Below are positions 12,685 through 25,386 of a DNA stretch of 64,000 nucleotides, one piece after another. The notes beneath the pieces are model-generated. The model saw only the letters and a list, made by a program, of their open reading frames with translations. It was not told where the DNA came from and ran no database searches. This DNA comes from Candidatus Oxydemutatoraceae bacterium (GTDB lineage Bacteria > Pseudomonadota > Gammaproteobacteria > Poriferisulfidales > Oxydemutatoraceae), in contig OZ244779.1 of NCBI GenBank assembly GCA_965219575.1, positions 108,769 to 172,768 of the forward strand. The letters run 5' to 3'. The position numbers and the translations under genes were made by a program. Position 1 is the first letter of the stretch; the number at the start of each line of letters is the position of its first letter.

Positions 12685-12717
12685 TTGACAGCCCCCCCCC
12701 CCCCCCCGTGCTATACT
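12685..12717 (+). promoter_or_regulatory. Sigma70 promoter with C16 tract in the spacer
   Basis: TTGACA-G-C16-GTGC-TATACT, 21-bp spacer, extended -10 TG. Confidence 0.75.
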
Positions 12718-12782
12718 TCCGACTTTTAACTAATAAAACACTAATAGTAATTCAAACCATATAAATAAGGAGAGAAAATAAA

Positions 12783-13670
12783 ATGGCGAAAATAAACCTT
12801 GCTCATTTGCTAGATATAAACTTGGATCAGTTGAACCAATACAAATTTCATGCTGCTGTATGGAATGGTTGGAAACATCCTTTGGATGATTTCATAAAAG
12901 ATGGAAAAATTGCAGGTAGAGGAGACGATTCGCTTTGGTGGGGGTGGCAAGCCTATCATGAGGAAGGAAAGAAAGATAGGTGGACACGTCAATACATTGT
13001 GTCGTTCATGCAATTTTACCCTGAAGGCATAAAAATGTGGTTATTCGGCGGTATATTTGAGGTGAAGGGGAAAAGAGAGGATGGTTATTATGATGTACAT
13101 TTAACAGACAAAGGAAAAGAATGGATTGGTCGCTTAAAAGTTTCTTATCCGGAACCTAAAAGACAAAGATATCCATATTTAGAGAATGTTTATGATGATC
13201 TCGAATTTAGTGAGATGCTAAAAGTACGATATTCTGGTGCAATCTTCCCTGGCTATGAAAATGTTAGTCTGAAATTTGATGAACTTGAGTTTATCGTCAA
13301 TGCCAATAAAGAGGACTGGAAAAACACTTTATCCTCTGTCAAAGGCATTTACGTTATTTTTGATAAAGAGACTGGCAAAAAATATGTAGGTTCAGCCTAC
13401 GGAGAGAATGGAATTTGGGGTAGATGGTGTCAATATGTGGAGCATCTTCACGGCGGTAACAAAGAACTAAAAAAACTCCTTGAAGGCGATAGCCTGCAGG
13501 AAATATTTCAAAAAGAAGATTCTAGAGATTATGTAAGAAAAAATTTTAGATTCACGATGATTGAATGGACATCTTACAAAAACAAAACCGACGACTCATA
13601 CATCATAGGACGAGAGAACTTTTGGAAAGAAGCACTTCTGAGCCGCGAGTTTGGATATAACGCAAATTGA
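12783..13670 (+). CDS. GIY-YIG nuclease family protein
   Basis: KGIYVIFDKETGKKYVGSAYG...GRW...RENFWK...GYNAN; AT-rich; AAGGAG RBS. Confidence 0.85.
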   Translation: MAKINLAHLLDINLDQLNQYKFHAAVWNGWKHPLDDFIKDGKIAGRGDDSLWWGWQAYHEEGKKDRWTRQYIVSFMQFYPEGIKMWLFGGIFEVKGKREDGYYDVHLTDKGKEWIGRLKVSYPEPKRQRYPYLENVYDDLEFSEMLKVRYSGAIFPGYENVSLKFDELEFIVNANKEDWKNTLSSVKGIYVIFDKETGKKYVGSAYGENGIWGRWCQYVEHLHGGNKELKKLLEGDSLQEIFQKEDSRDYVRKNFRFTMIEWTSYKNKTDDSYIIGRENFWKEALLSREFGYNAN

Positions 13671-13811
13671 TTAAACCAACATACAATTAAAAAGGGACAT
13701 TTTTAGGCAACCTTCCCAATATTGCACTTTCACACTTACTAATCCCTACACATAAAATTAAATAGTAGCGTTTTGTCTCCCGATTTCGTTATTAGCATCG
13801 GAGGGTAGTAT

Positions 13812-14330
13812 TTACTGCCCCCTTGTCATTGCCAAATAAACCTGCGCTAACAGATGCGCATCTGTCAATGCGCCGTGCAGCTTGCGGTGGCTGTTATCAA
13901 TCCCATAACGGCGGCACAACGCATCTAGTGTTCTGGGTTGTAAATGTCGTCTTTTAGCCATTTTCAGTGTGTCGGCAACAGTACATCGGGCTTCTGCGAT
14001 AAACTTTTTGCGGTTCAAAAGTTGCAGTTCGCTGTCTAAAAAACTTAAATCAAACCGCGCATTGTGTATCAAAATTTGCGCACCTCGTACAAAAGATATA
14101 AGTTCATCACAAATGTCTGCGAACAACGGACTATCTTTTAGCATCTTCCATGTATAGCCATGGATTTTTGTTGCATCTCTGTCTACTTTGCGTTGGGGAT
14201 TTATCGTAGTATGGAAACTACGCTCCGTGATAGTACGGCCTACGATCTCAACACAAGCAACCTCTAAAATCCGATGCCCCTCTTGCGGATCCAATCCGGT
14301 GGTCTCGGTATCTAGAGCGATTTGTCTCAT
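13812..14330 (-). CDS. dnaQ: DNA polymerase III epsilon subunit (exonuclease domain only)
   Basis: MRQIALDTETTGL, HNARFD and LHGALTDA..LAQVYLAMT; ends at 172 aa. Confidence 0.92.
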   Translation of the reverse strand: MRQIALDTETTGLDPQEGHRILEVACVEIVGRTITERSFHTTINPQRKVDRDATKIHGYTWKMLKDSPLFADICDELISFVRGAQILIHNARFDLSFLDSELQLLNRKKFIAEARCTVADTLKMAKRRHLQPRTLDALCRRYGIDNSHRKLHGALTDAHLLAQVYLAMTRGQ

Positions 14331-14428
14331 TGCTAACTCCTGTCTATTATTCTCGTGTGCCTTATTGAACGCTCATTATAAAAATTGCAATCACTCTGTC
14401 AATCCTAATGACGTTCCCTCATTTTTAT

Positions 14429-14950
14429 GCCACCCCATGTAAAGGTTTTACATTCTACAATATGGACTAAGATTTTGTACGATATTACGCCGATTGACCC
14501 ACTGGCTCAATCGGCGTTTCTATTGCGCCTGCCATTCTTCCGAAGGAGGGGAATGTACCAGCACTGTACTTATGCAGACCATTACGGGCTGTTGAAAAAG
14601 TATCGCCGGCGTGCAACCGTAACCGCTTGCGCCGTGAATTTATAATAACCACCAAGCCGTAGGGGCAGACCTGTGTGTCTGCCCTTAAGTACCGTTCTGC
14701 ACGACACCAACCGCTTGCGCCGTATAGTTTTGGTTTCCATAAATTGAATGGATGAATGTATAAATCGTGCCGGCCAACGCGTTACGGGCGGACATGTTAG
14801 TCCGCCCCTACGGTTCGTGGATACTTTTTCAACAGCCCCCATTAGCAACCACCCCGTCAGGCTGCGCCTGCCATTCTTCCGAAGGAGGGGAATGGACCGA
14901 CACTATAATTATGCAGATACGCCACGGCTGCCTTTCCACAGGAGGGGAAA
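14429..14950. repeat. Composite repeat with flanking hairpin modules
   Basis: Core unit 14586-14840 in reverse orientation, plus GCCGATTGA and ..GGAGGGGAA hairpins. The 5' flank resembles 18846-19000. Confidence 0.8.
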
Positions 14951-14978
14951 CGGCTCGCTCCTATAAATGGTATATAAT

Positions 14979-15983
14979 ATGCTTTTAGTGAAACAGACGA
15001 CTAAAAACCTTTCTCCTACAACCCGCCTACAACTTAATAAACAAGGCGAGCTAAGACATTTCCTGTGTATAGCGGGACTTTCTCAAAGTTTATTAAAAAG
15101 ATTATTCAACACTGCCACTTCGTTCATTCAAGAAAAGAACTCGGTGGTTAAGAAAGTGCCTTTGCTGCGCGCCAAAACCGTTGCCAATCTTTTTTTTGAG
15201 AGTAGTACCCGCACCCGTTCCACTTTTGAACTTGCGGCAAAACGATTGTCTGCCGATGTGCTCAATTTGAATACGAGCGTTGCCGCGGTTCAAAAAGGCG
15301 AGTCGTTATTGGATACCTTAAAAAGTCTGGAAGCCATGAATGTGGATATCTTCGTCGTCCGACACAGCGACAGCGGTGCTGCGCAGTTTATTGCTCGGAA
15401 CATAAAAAAGGGTGTTGCCGTAATCAACGCCGGCGACGGTAGCCATGCGCACCCCACGCAAGCCTTATTGGATATGTATACCATCATGCAACATAAACCG
15501 GATTTAGCGTCGCTCAATATTGCGATCATCGGGGACATAAGACATTCTCGGGTGGCGCGCTCGCAAATCTCAATACTCAAAACAATGGGGGTTAAAAATA
15601 TCCGCTTGATCGGTCCCACAACTTTGTTGCCGTCGTTTGCCGAAAAACTGGAAGGGCAGGTTTTTCATACCGTAGAAGAGGGTGTCTCAGGTGCCGATGT
15701 CATTATCGTATTGCGTCTGCAAAAAGAGCGTATGCAGGGTGGTTTCCTCCCCAGCATGAACGAGTATTATCATTGTTACGGGATGACTATAGAGCGCCTC
15801 AAGCTCGCCGCACCCGACGCTATGGTGATGCACCCGGGACCTATCAACCGCGGGGTTGAAATCAGTTCTTTGGTTGCCGACGGGCATCAATCGGTCATAC
15901 TAGAGCAGGTAACCTACGGCATTGCGATTAGGATGGCAGTTATGTCTCATGTGGTCAGCGGACAAATGCAGGAGGTTCTCTGA
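14979..15983 (+). CDS. pyrB: Aspartate carbamoyltransferase catalytic subunit
   Basis: [25 protein letters not shown] and [11 protein letters not shown]. Confidence 0.96.
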   Translation: MLLVKQTTKNLSPTTRLQLNKQGELRHFLCIAGLSQSLLKRLFNTATSFIQEKNSVVKKVPLLRAKTVANLFFESSTRTRSTFELAAKRLSADVLNLNTSVAAVQKGESLLDTLKSLEAMNVDIFVVRHSDSGAAQFIARNIKKGVAVINAGDGSHAHPTQALLDMYTIMQHKPDLASLNIAIIGDIRHSRVARSQISILKTMGVKNIRLIGPTTLLPSFAEKLEGQVFHTVEEGVSGADVIIVLRLQKERMQGGFLPSMNEYYHCYGMTIERLKLAAPDAMVMHPGPINRGVEISSLVADGHQSVILEQVTYGIAIRMAVMSHVVSGQMQEVL

Positions 15984-17269
15984 TGAATCTACTGATTAAA
16001 AATGCTCGCTTGCTTAATACGGAGAAAGCACCTGCCCCCCCAACCGATATTGCTATTCGGCAAGGTGCTATAGAAGTTATAGGTGAAGTGCCTGCGAATT
16101 TTGTTGCCGAGCGTACCATCGATGCCAAAGGTTTATCGGCAATTCCCGGTTTAGTCGACTTGAGCGTTTATCTACGAGACCCAGGCTTCGAATACAAAGC
16201 GACGATCGCATCGGAAACCAGAGCGGCAGCGGCAGGTGGTGTTACCACATTGTGTTGTATGCCCGACACCGAACCCAGAATAGATTCGGCATCCACCGTT
16301 GAACTGATACAAAAGCGGGCGCACGATGCCGATTTCTGCAAGGTTTTGACTATAGGTGCGATGACGAGAAAGCTGGCAGGACTAGAACTCAGCGAGATGG
16401 CTGCGCTCAAAGAGGCGGGCTGCGTTGCAGTGAGTCATTGCCACTATCCGTTTGCCAATGCTTTGATATTGCGGCGTGCAATGGAGTATGCGTCCGGGCT
16501 GGGCTTGAAGCTATTTATACAACCTTTTGATAAGTCTCTGGCGATGAACGGTTGCGCCCACGAAGGTGCTTTGGCATTGCGTTTGGGGTTGGCAGGCATT
16601 CCGGCAGCATCCGAAACCGCGATTTTAAGCCAATGTATAGAAATTGCCGAAGACTTGGATGTGGCAGTGCATTTCTGTCGTCTCTCGTGTGCGCGCTCGG
16701 TAGAACTGGTTGCCACTGCACAAGCACGGGGTTTGGCAATCAGTGCCGATGTGAGTGCGCATCAACTCTTTCTAAGTGAGGAGATGCTGATACACTTTGA
16801 TCCCAATTACCATGTATTGCCGCCGTTGCGTAGCGAGCAAGATCGCAACGCATTGCGCGCCGCGATTCAAGACGGCACGATCTCTGCAATATGCTCCGAC
16901 CACCAACCGCACGATATCAGTGCCAAATTGGTGCCTTTCCCGTCCAGCGAACCGGGCATCTCTGCGATAGAAACTTTGCTCCCCCTAGCACTGCGCTTGG
17001 TCGACGAAAATGTCGTTGATTTGACAAAAGCGATTGACTTGCTAACCCGAGGTCCGGCGGCGGTGCTTAATTGGGGTTGCGGCACATTGCAGAAAGGTGG
17101 GGTTGCGGATCTTTGTCTGGTTGATTTAGATGAGAAGTGGACTTTGTCGGCGCAGCATCTGTATAGTAGTGGCACCAATTCGCCTTTTGTCGGTGAAACA
17201 TTCAAAGGGCGTATACATTACACAATATGCAACGGCAAAGTGAGTTATGAGTCCAAGTCCTCCCGATAA
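15983..17269 (+). CDS. pyrC: Dihydroorotase-like protein (probably the inactive PyrC' type)
   Basis: Amidohydrolase fold (AAAGGVTT, PPLR, SDHQPH), but HxH is replaced by DLSVYLR; coupled to pyrB. Confidence 0.88.
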   Translation: MNLLIKNARLLNTEKAPAPPTDIAIRQGAIEVIGEVPANFVAERTIDAKGLSAIPGLVDLSVYLRDPGFEYKATIASETRAAAAGGVTTLCCMPDTEPRIDSASTVELIQKRAHDADFCKVLTIGAMTRKLAGLELSEMAALKEAGCVAVSHCHYPFANALILRRAMEYASGLGLKLFIQPFDKSLAMNGCAHEGALALRLGLAGIPAASETAILSQCIEIAEDLDVAVHFCRLSCARSVELVATAQARGLAISADVSAHQLFLSEEMLIHFDPNYHVLPPLRSEQDRNALRAAIQDGTISAICSDHQPHDISAKLVPFPSSEPGISAIETLLPLALRLVDENVVDLTKAIDLLTRGPAAVLNWGCGTLQKGGVADLCLVDLDEKWTLSAQHLYSSGTNSPFVGETFKGRIHYTICNGKVSYESKSSR

Positions 17270-18134
17270 ACGCGCAACCATCTTTGTTGAACAAGCAAAG
17301 GTGCTCAATCATACCGCATATCCTGCACAGCAATATCGTATGATTTTACATGCGCCGCGTTGTGCGGAGACTGCGCGCCCCGGCAATTTCGTACATCTGC
17401 GCTGTAGCGAGACATTGGCAATGAGGCGACCGTATTCAATTATGTCGGTATCAAGGCAGCAAGGTCATATAGAACTGCTATACAAAGTGGTCGGCAAAGG
17501 CGGTGAGGCACTATCGCAAAAACGAACCGGCGACGAGGTCAATCTTCTAGGACCCATAGGTAATTGTTTTACACCGCACCGACAGCGTCCCGAATTATTA
17601 CTGCTGGGCGGCGGAGTCGGTATCCCGCCGATATTTTTCTTGGCACGACAAATCAAACAAGATAAGGTTTATAAACCTTTGGTCATGGTTGCTTCGGAGG
17701 TTCCTTTTCCCTTTGAGTTAAAACCCTCGCAGTTGCAGGTGTCGGAAATAAGCCTCGATTGTCATCTCGCTTTGGCGGAACTTGAGGCATCGGGCATTGC
17801 GTCTCGGCTGGCAAGTGGGCGCAAAAAACAAGGGTGCTTTGACGGCTACATAGATGCCTTTGCGCGCACCTATTTGGAAAAAATATCTCGGCAAAGACTA
17901 GCGCGCACTGAGCTATTCGCTTGCGGTCCCGAAGCCATGCTAAAAAGCGTCGCCGAACTTTCTGCCGAGTTCAAGGTGCCGTGTCAAATTGCGGTGGAGG
18001 AGTATATGGCATGCGGTGTAGGCGGATGCGCCGGCTGTACGATTGCAGTTCGGCAAAACGGCAAAAACGAGATGAAGCGCGTGTGTGTGGACGGCCCGGT
18101 ATTTAACGCAAACCAATTAGTGGGCTTTGTCTGA
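17247..18134 (+). CDS. pyrK: Dihydroorotate dehydrogenase electron transfer subunit
   Basis: RRPYS FAD motif, GGGVGIPP and MACGVGGCAGC...CVDGPVF 2Fe-2S motif. Confidence 0.88.
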   Translation: MSPSPPDKRATIFVEQAKVLNHTAYPAQQYRMILHAPRCAETARPGNFVHLRCSETLAMRRPYSIMSVSRQQGHIELLYKVVGKGGEALSQKRTGDEVNLLGPIGNCFTPHRQRPELLLLGGGVGIPPIFFLARQIKQDKVYKPLVMVASEVPFPFELKPSQLQVSEISLDCHLALAELEASGIASRLASGRKKQGCFDGYIDAFARTYLEKISRQRLARTELFACGPEAMLKSVAELSAEFKVPCQIAVEEYMACGVGGCAGCTIAVRQNGKNEMKRVCVDGPVFNANQLVGFV

Positions 18135-18819
18135 ACATCGGCATATCCGCACCAACCTGTTGCTCGTGCGGGCAGCGATAGCACAAGCCGAAGCACACGC
18201 GTACCGTCCTCAAGGCAGCGTGCGTTTGCTCGCAGTCAGCAAAACCAAAAGCGTCTCCGAGATTTGCGCTGCACTCGATGCCGGACAGTACGATTTCGGG
18301 GAAAACTACTTGCAGGAGGCACTGAGCAAAATTGAACAGCTTAAAGACGAGAAAATCCGTTGGCATTTTATAGGTTCTATACAAAGCAATAAAGCCCGCG
18401 ATATTGCCCGGCATTTTGATTGGGTGCATAGCATAGAAAAAATCTCTATTGCGCAGCGCATAGCTCGTCTACGCCCGGCGACATTACCGCCGCTCAATAT
18501 ATGTATACAAGTGAATATAGACCGAGAACAGAGTAAGTCGGGCTGTAGCATTACACAGGTGCATGCCTTAGCAGATCAAATCGCACAACTGCCACAGCTT
18601 GAACTACGCGGTCTAATGGCTATTCCCAAACCTACCTCGGATACGCAACTTCAATATGAGACATTTGTAGAATTGCATACCCTATTTGAACAAATGAAAC
18701 CCCGATATAAAAATTTTGACACACTCTCCGCCGGTATGAGCGGCGATTTTGAACAGGCGATTAAAGCGGGGGCTACACTGATCCGTATCGGCACCGCAAT
18801 CTTCGGACCTCGCAAATAA
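18127..18819 (+). CDS. yggS: PLP homeostasis protein YggS
   Basis: LLAVSKTK, FGENYLQE, WHFIG and SAGMSGD..IRIGTAIFG. Confidence 0.93.
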   Translation: MSEHRHIRTNLLLVRAAIAQAEAHAYRPQGSVRLLAVSKTKSVSEICAALDAGQYDFGENYLQEALSKIEQLKDEKIRWHFIGSIQSNKARDIARHFDWVHSIEKISIAQRIARLRPATLPPLNICIQVNIDREQSKSGCSITQVHALADQIAQLPQLELRGLMAIPKPTSDTQLQYETFVELHTLFEQMKPRYKNFDTLSAGMSGDFEQAIKAGATLIRIGTAIFGPRK

Positions 18820-18845
18820 GATGTTGACATCGGCCCATTTTTAGG

Positions 18846-19255
18846 ACCACCCCGTGGAAAGGTTTTACATTTTGTACCATGTGTTAAAGTTCTGCACAAC
18901 GTTACGCCGATTAACCTACTGGCTTAATCGGCGGTTCTATTGCGCCTGCCACCCCTCCAAAGGAGGGGAATGTACCGACATTGTACTTAGTGCAGACTCT
19001 TAGGGGCTGTTGAAAAAGTATCCACGAACCGTAGGGGCGGACTTGCATGTCCGCCCGTAACGCGTTATGCCTGCACGATTTATACATTCATTCATCCAAT
19101 TTATGGAAACCAAAACCATATGGCGCAAGCGGTTGAGTTTGTACGGAACGGTACTTAAGGGCAGACACACAGGTCTGCCCTACGGCTTGGTGGTTATTAT
19201 AAATTCACGGCGCAAGCGGTTACGCTTGCACGCTGACGATACTTTTTCAACAGCC
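18846..19255. repeat. Composite repeat (hairpin modules + full unit 19003-19255)
   Basis: GCCGATTAA hairpin and CCCCTCCAAAGGAGGGG, then a GGGGCTGTTGAAAAAGT...ACTTTTTCAACAGCC unit. Confidence 0.82.
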
Positions 19256-19332
19256 TGAAATTCGCCGGGAGGTCGGCAAATATATTTTGTGAAGTTCGGC
19301 AATTAAATCCTACAAACGGCTACAATAGCGAA

Positions 19333-20403
19333 ATGGCAGGCAATACGATAGGAAAGATTTTTACGGTCACCACATTCGGGGAAAGTCACGGTCCGGCAAT
19401 CGGTGGAATTGTTGACGGTTGTCCGCCGCAGCTGGAATTGACCGAAGAGGATATACAAACCGATCTGGATCGTAGACGACCGGGGCAAAGTCGTTATACC
19501 AGTCAGCGACGAGAAACCGACCAAGTGCGTATTTTGTCGGGTATCTTCGAGGGCAAAACAACCGGCACGCCGATTGGATTGCTGATAGAAAATGTAGACC
19601 AACGTTCACGAGATTACGAACAAATCAAGAATAAGTTTCGTCCCGGCCATGCCGATTATACCTATCAAAAGAAATACGGCTTCAGGGATTATCGCGGGGG
19701 CGGTCGTTCTTCGGCACGCGAGACTGCGATGCGCGTTGCGGCGGGTGCAATTGCCAAAAAATACCTGCACCAACGCCACGGTATTACGATACGCGGTTGG
19801 CTGGCAAAAATAGGCACCTTAAACATAGAACCCGCAAACTTGAATGAAATCAACAACAACTGCTTTTTTAGTCCCGACCCCGAGCGCATCAAAGATATAG
19901 AGAAGTATATAGAGCGTCTGCGCCGTGAAGGTGACTCGGTGGGGGCACAGCTTCATATCACGGCGAGCAATATGGTTGCCGGCTGGGGAGAACCGGTCTT
20001 TGACAGGTTGGATGCCGACATTGCGCATGCGATGATGAGCATCAACGCAGTCAAGGGTGTCTCGATCGGTGCCGGTTTCGATTGCGTGCAACAAACCGGT
20101 AGCGAGCATCGCGACGAGCTAACACCTCAAGGCTTCGTCGGGAATAACGCCGGCGGTGTTTTGGGCGGTATATCGAGCGGTCAGGATATCGCAGTCGATG
20201 TTGCTTTCAAGCCGACTTCGAGTATCCGCATCGCCGGCAACACGATAGACAAAGACGGCAATGCAAGCGAGATTATCACGACCGGGCGCCACGACCCGTG
20301 CGTGGGTATTCGCGCAGTACCGATAGCCGAAGCGATGTTGGCAATCGTGCTGATCGATCACTGTTTGCGCCACCGAGGGCAAAATTTCGACCTAAACGAC
20401 TAA
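19333..20403 (+). CDS. aroC: Chorismate synthase
   Basis: [21 protein letters not shown] and GRHDPCV. Confidence 0.97.
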   Translation: MAGNTIGKIFTVTTFGESHGPAIGGIVDGCPPQLELTEEDIQTDLDRRRPGQSRYTSQRRETDQVRILSGIFEGKTTGTPIGLLIENVDQRSRDYEQIKNKFRPGHADYTYQKKYGFRDYRGGGRSSARETAMRVAAGAIAKKYLHQRHGITIRGWLAKIGTLNIEPANLNEINNNCFFSPDPERIKDIEKYIERLRREGDSVGAQLHITASNMVAGWGEPVFDRLDADIAHAMMSINAVKGVSIGAGFDCVQQTGSEHRDELTPQGFVGNNAGGVLGGISSGQDIAVDVAFKPTSSIRIAGNTIDKDGNASEIITTGRHDPCVGIRAVPIAEAMLAIVLIDHCLRHRGQNFDLND

Positions 20404-20407
20404 AGCG

Positions 20408-21565
20408 ATGCCGAATCGCTTTGTTTGGTTCTCGGCCTTTTATTTTTTTTATTTTGCAACGCTCGGTGCCTATCTACCGTATTGGCCTATCTACCTAGAG
20501 GCGCAAGGGTTTGCGCTACGAGAAATCGGAGAGTTGATGGCGATCGCACTGCTGACTAAAATCTTCGCACCGTATATATGGGGATGGCTTGCAGATCGTC
20601 TGCAACGACGATTGATACTGATACGCTGGAGCGATTTTATCGCTTTCTTGGTTTTCATCCCGATATTTTATGCAAAAGATTACCACACGATCGCAATCAT
20701 TTTGTTCGTATTCAGTTTCTTTTGGAATGCTTCTCTACCCCAAGTGGAAGTGCTAACCTTGAGTAACCTAAAATACCATGCGCATCGTTATAGTTTGATT
20801 CGGCTTTGGGGATCGGTCGGCTTTGTTGCGATGAATGTGGTGGGGGCATGGTTGATTTCCGTACGCGGTGCCGATGCCATCCCATGGTTGATTTTATCGT
20901 TGTTGTTTTTTCTATGGCTCACAACTCAGACCTTATCGGAACCCAGATCGTCGCTTCCGATGACTCGCATCCCGAGCATCGTCCATGCCTTCAACGCGCC
21001 TATAATTGCGTTATTCGTAATATGTTTTTTAATACAATTCGTCCACGGACCTTACTATGCTTATTTCACTATTTATATGCAGGAACAAGGCTATACAACC
21101 TATACCATAGGGTGGTTCTGGGCAATCGGTGTGATTGCCGAAGTTCTGGTATTCCTTTATTGCAGTGCTTTGCTTCGTAGGTATAGCGTTACTCGCTTGT
21201 TGCTCATCGTGATTGCGGCAACCGCACTGCGGTGGTTGTTGCTCGCCTATTATCAAGACGAACTCGCCGTCGTGTTATTCGCCCAAAGTCTGCATGCCAT
21301 AACATTCGGGGTCTATCACGCGGTTTTGATTTATGCGATCTCAAGGTTGTTGCCCAATGGGCTAGAGGGTCGCGGACAGGCTCTATACTCTTCGCTGAGC
21401 TTCGGTATGGGTGGGGGGCTCGGCACCTATCTGGCAAGCCAATTATGGGAGCAAATACCAAGCCGACAATTATTTGTTTACACCGCTCTGGTCACTTTGG
21501 TTGCGTTATTCTGCTTGCTTCCGTTGCGTAAGACAAAAGGAAGCGAAGCGTTGCGGTCGCCATAA
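20408..21565 (+). CDS. MFS transporter (MFS_1-like/HcaT-like)
   Basis: About 12 hydrophobic segments; WGWLADR, IRLWGSVGF and GRGQALY. Confidence 0.85.
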   Translation: MPNRFVWFSAFYFFYFATLGAYLPYWPIYLEAQGFALREIGELMAIALLTKIFAPYIWGWLADRLQRRLILIRWSDFIAFLVFIPIFYAKDYHTIAIILFVFSFFWNASLPQVEVLTLSNLKYHAHRYSLIRLWGSVGFVAMNVVGAWLISVRGADAIPWLILSLLFFLWLTTQTLSEPRSSLPMTRIPSIVHAFNAPIIALFVICFLIQFVHGPYYAYFTIYMQEQGYTTYTIGWFWAIGVIAEVLVFLYCSALLRRYSVTRLLLIVIAATALRWLLLAYYQDELAVVLFAQSLHAITFGVYHAVLIYAISRLLPNGLEGRGQALYSSLSFGMGGGLGTYLASQLWEQIPSRQLFVYTALVTLVALFCLLPLRKTKGSEALRSP

Positions 21566-22225
21566 TTCCGGGGGTGTTTGCCAACCACAAAACTTAGCGA
21601 CATACTCGATAAATTGCGCCCGGCCGATATTAAACGCACCGAGGGTTTGCAAATGCGGCGATTGCACCTGACAATCTATCAACATCAGTCGGTGTGCGTA
21701 GAGATAGCTGCACAGATAAAACAATGCAACCTTCGAGGCATCGCTCGTTTTGGAAAACATCGATTCGCCGAAAAACATACACCCGATGCTTACACCGTAC
21801 AGACCACCGACTAAATCCTCTCGGTTATAGACTTCCACCGAATGTGCATAACCGGCGCAATGCAGTTTCAGATAGGCATCTCTCATCTCATCGGTAATCC
21901 AAGTTGCCGTACTGCGATTCCTCGGTGCCGCGCACTGCTCGATAACCGCACCGAAGTCATGGTCTAATCTAATATCGGAAAACTTTGATTTGATGGCTTT
22001 GTTCAAGCTACGGCTCACGCGTAGCCCGTTCGTCAATAAAACCATCCTGGGATTCGGCGACCACCATAGCAAAGGTTGTCCCGCTTCGTACCACGGGAAA
22101 ATACCGCGGCAGTACGCAGTATATAAGGTTTCCACTTCAAGGTTGCCGCCGACGGCAAGCAACCCGTCGGCATCCGCAGAAGAAATATCGGGGAAGTGCG
22201 GATATCGTGTGTCAAGCTCAACCAT
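21506..22225 (-). CDS. aat: Leucyl/phenylalanyl-tRNA--protein transferase
   Basis: GLLAVGG, GIFPWY, WWSPNPR, FFGESMFS and ASKVAL. Confidence 0.95.
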   Translation of the reverse strand: MVELDTRYPHFPDISSADADGLLAVGGNLEVETLYTAYCRGIFPWYEAGQPLLWWSPNPRMVLLTNGLRVSRSLNKAIKSKFSDIRLDHDFGAVIEQCAAPRNRSTATWITDEMRDAYLKLHCAGYAHSVEVYNREDLVGGLYGVSIGCMFFGESMFSKTSDASKVALFYLCSYLYAHRLMLIDCQVQSPHLQTLGAFNIGRAQFIEYVAKFCGWQTPPELWRPQRFASFCLTQRKQAE

Positions 22226-22235
22226 CTCTCGGTTT

Positions 22236-24480
<2,245 letters not shown>

Positions 24481-24518
24481 CTATATACAAGCCTTAAAAC
24501 ATTGCCGTAGGGCAAACC

Positions 24519-24541
24519 ATTCCCCTACACAGGAGGGGAAT
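24519..24541. repeat. Solo CCCCT..AGGAGGGG hairpin
   Basis: ATTCCCCTACACAGGAGGGGAAT; same class as hairpins at ~14530, ~14880, ~18955 and ~39190. Confidence 0.55.
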
Positions 24542-24581
24542 ACCGCTTTTGAAACATTGCCGCAACCGTACATGCGGTTGC

Positions 24582-24992
24582 TCAATTTAAGCTGTTTACC
24601 CGAGTGCCGTCCTTGTTATAGATTACAAGCTCGTGCGGCGTAATGCTCAGTTGTTCTATCGTATCTACATCTTCTCGCACGAACAATTTAATCGCATCGG
24701 AGTCAAGGGTCGTCCGATTGCCTAGAGAATCGCTTAACACCAGTTGTGCGCGCTCTTTTTGTAGTTGTTCATCTTCGGGTACGGATAGGCGAGCTATCGC
24801 TTCGCCGCGCGAATCAATCAGAATAAGTTCTCGGGTTTTGACGACATTCTGTATGTCTCGGTTGCCGGGGCGTAGTTCGACGGGCATCAACGATTCGTAC
24901 AGAAAAAAAGCAACGACGACGATAACAGCCAGGCGCATATTGCGCAAATGCCGTTCCATAGTTTGTAGACGATGTTCAATATCGGTATCCAT
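24582..24992 (-). CDS. Hypothetical membrane-anchored protein
   Basis: GGAG RBS, N-terminal TM segment and beta-rich C-terminus. Confidence 0.6.
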   Translation of the reverse strand: MDTDIEHRLQTMERHLRNMRLAVIVVVAFFLYESLMPVELRPGNRDIQNVVKTRELILIDSRGEAIARLSVPEDEQLQKERAQLVLSDSLGNRTTLDSDAIKLFVREDVDTIEQLSITPHELVIYNKDGTRVNSLN

Positions 24993-25097
24993 AATCTCTC
25001 CTTTGTGTATAAGTTACCTTTGATTGTCGGTTTTAGTAGTATAATCAATATGACAGCATTTCGCTGTAGTATTCATCAACAACATGGAGTATACGAT

Positions 25098-25370
25098 ATG
25101 AACAAAAAACATTTATTTATTGCGACTCTAGTCGGTATGAGCGCACTAGCAACCACCGCCCAAGCAGTTCCGGATGCCCCAAAAGAATGGGAAAAATGCG
25201 CCGGTGTCTCCAAAGCGGGAATGAACGATTGCGGTGCATTGGACGGTTCGCACAACTGTGGCGGAAACGCAAAGGCAGATAATCTTGACATCGAATGGAT
25301 TTATGTGCCTGCAGGTACCTGTAAGAAGCTCACCGGAGGGCAAATTGCAGCAACCAAATCCGCTAAGTAA
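25098..25370 (+). CDS. DUF2282 (BufA1-type) RiPP precursor
   Basis: Sec signal and EKCAGVSKAGMNDC..HNCGG..WIYVPAGTCKKL 4-Cys pattern; GGAG RBS. Confidence 0.88.
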   Translation: MNKKHLFIATLVGMSALATTAQAVPDAPKEWEKCAGVSKAGMNDCGALDGSHNCGGNAKADNLDIEWIYVPAGTCKKLTGGQIAATKSAK

Positions 25371-25386
25371 ACGACCCAACGACACT

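Noticed and set aside
10497-13670. Integron cassette array
   Set aside because: No intI and no recognisable attC sites; each gene has its own promoter.
15983-17269. pyrC pseudogene because the metal-binding His residues are missing
   Set aside because: It is full length and coupled to pyrB, matching the known structural PyrC' subunit of Pseudomonas-type ATCase.
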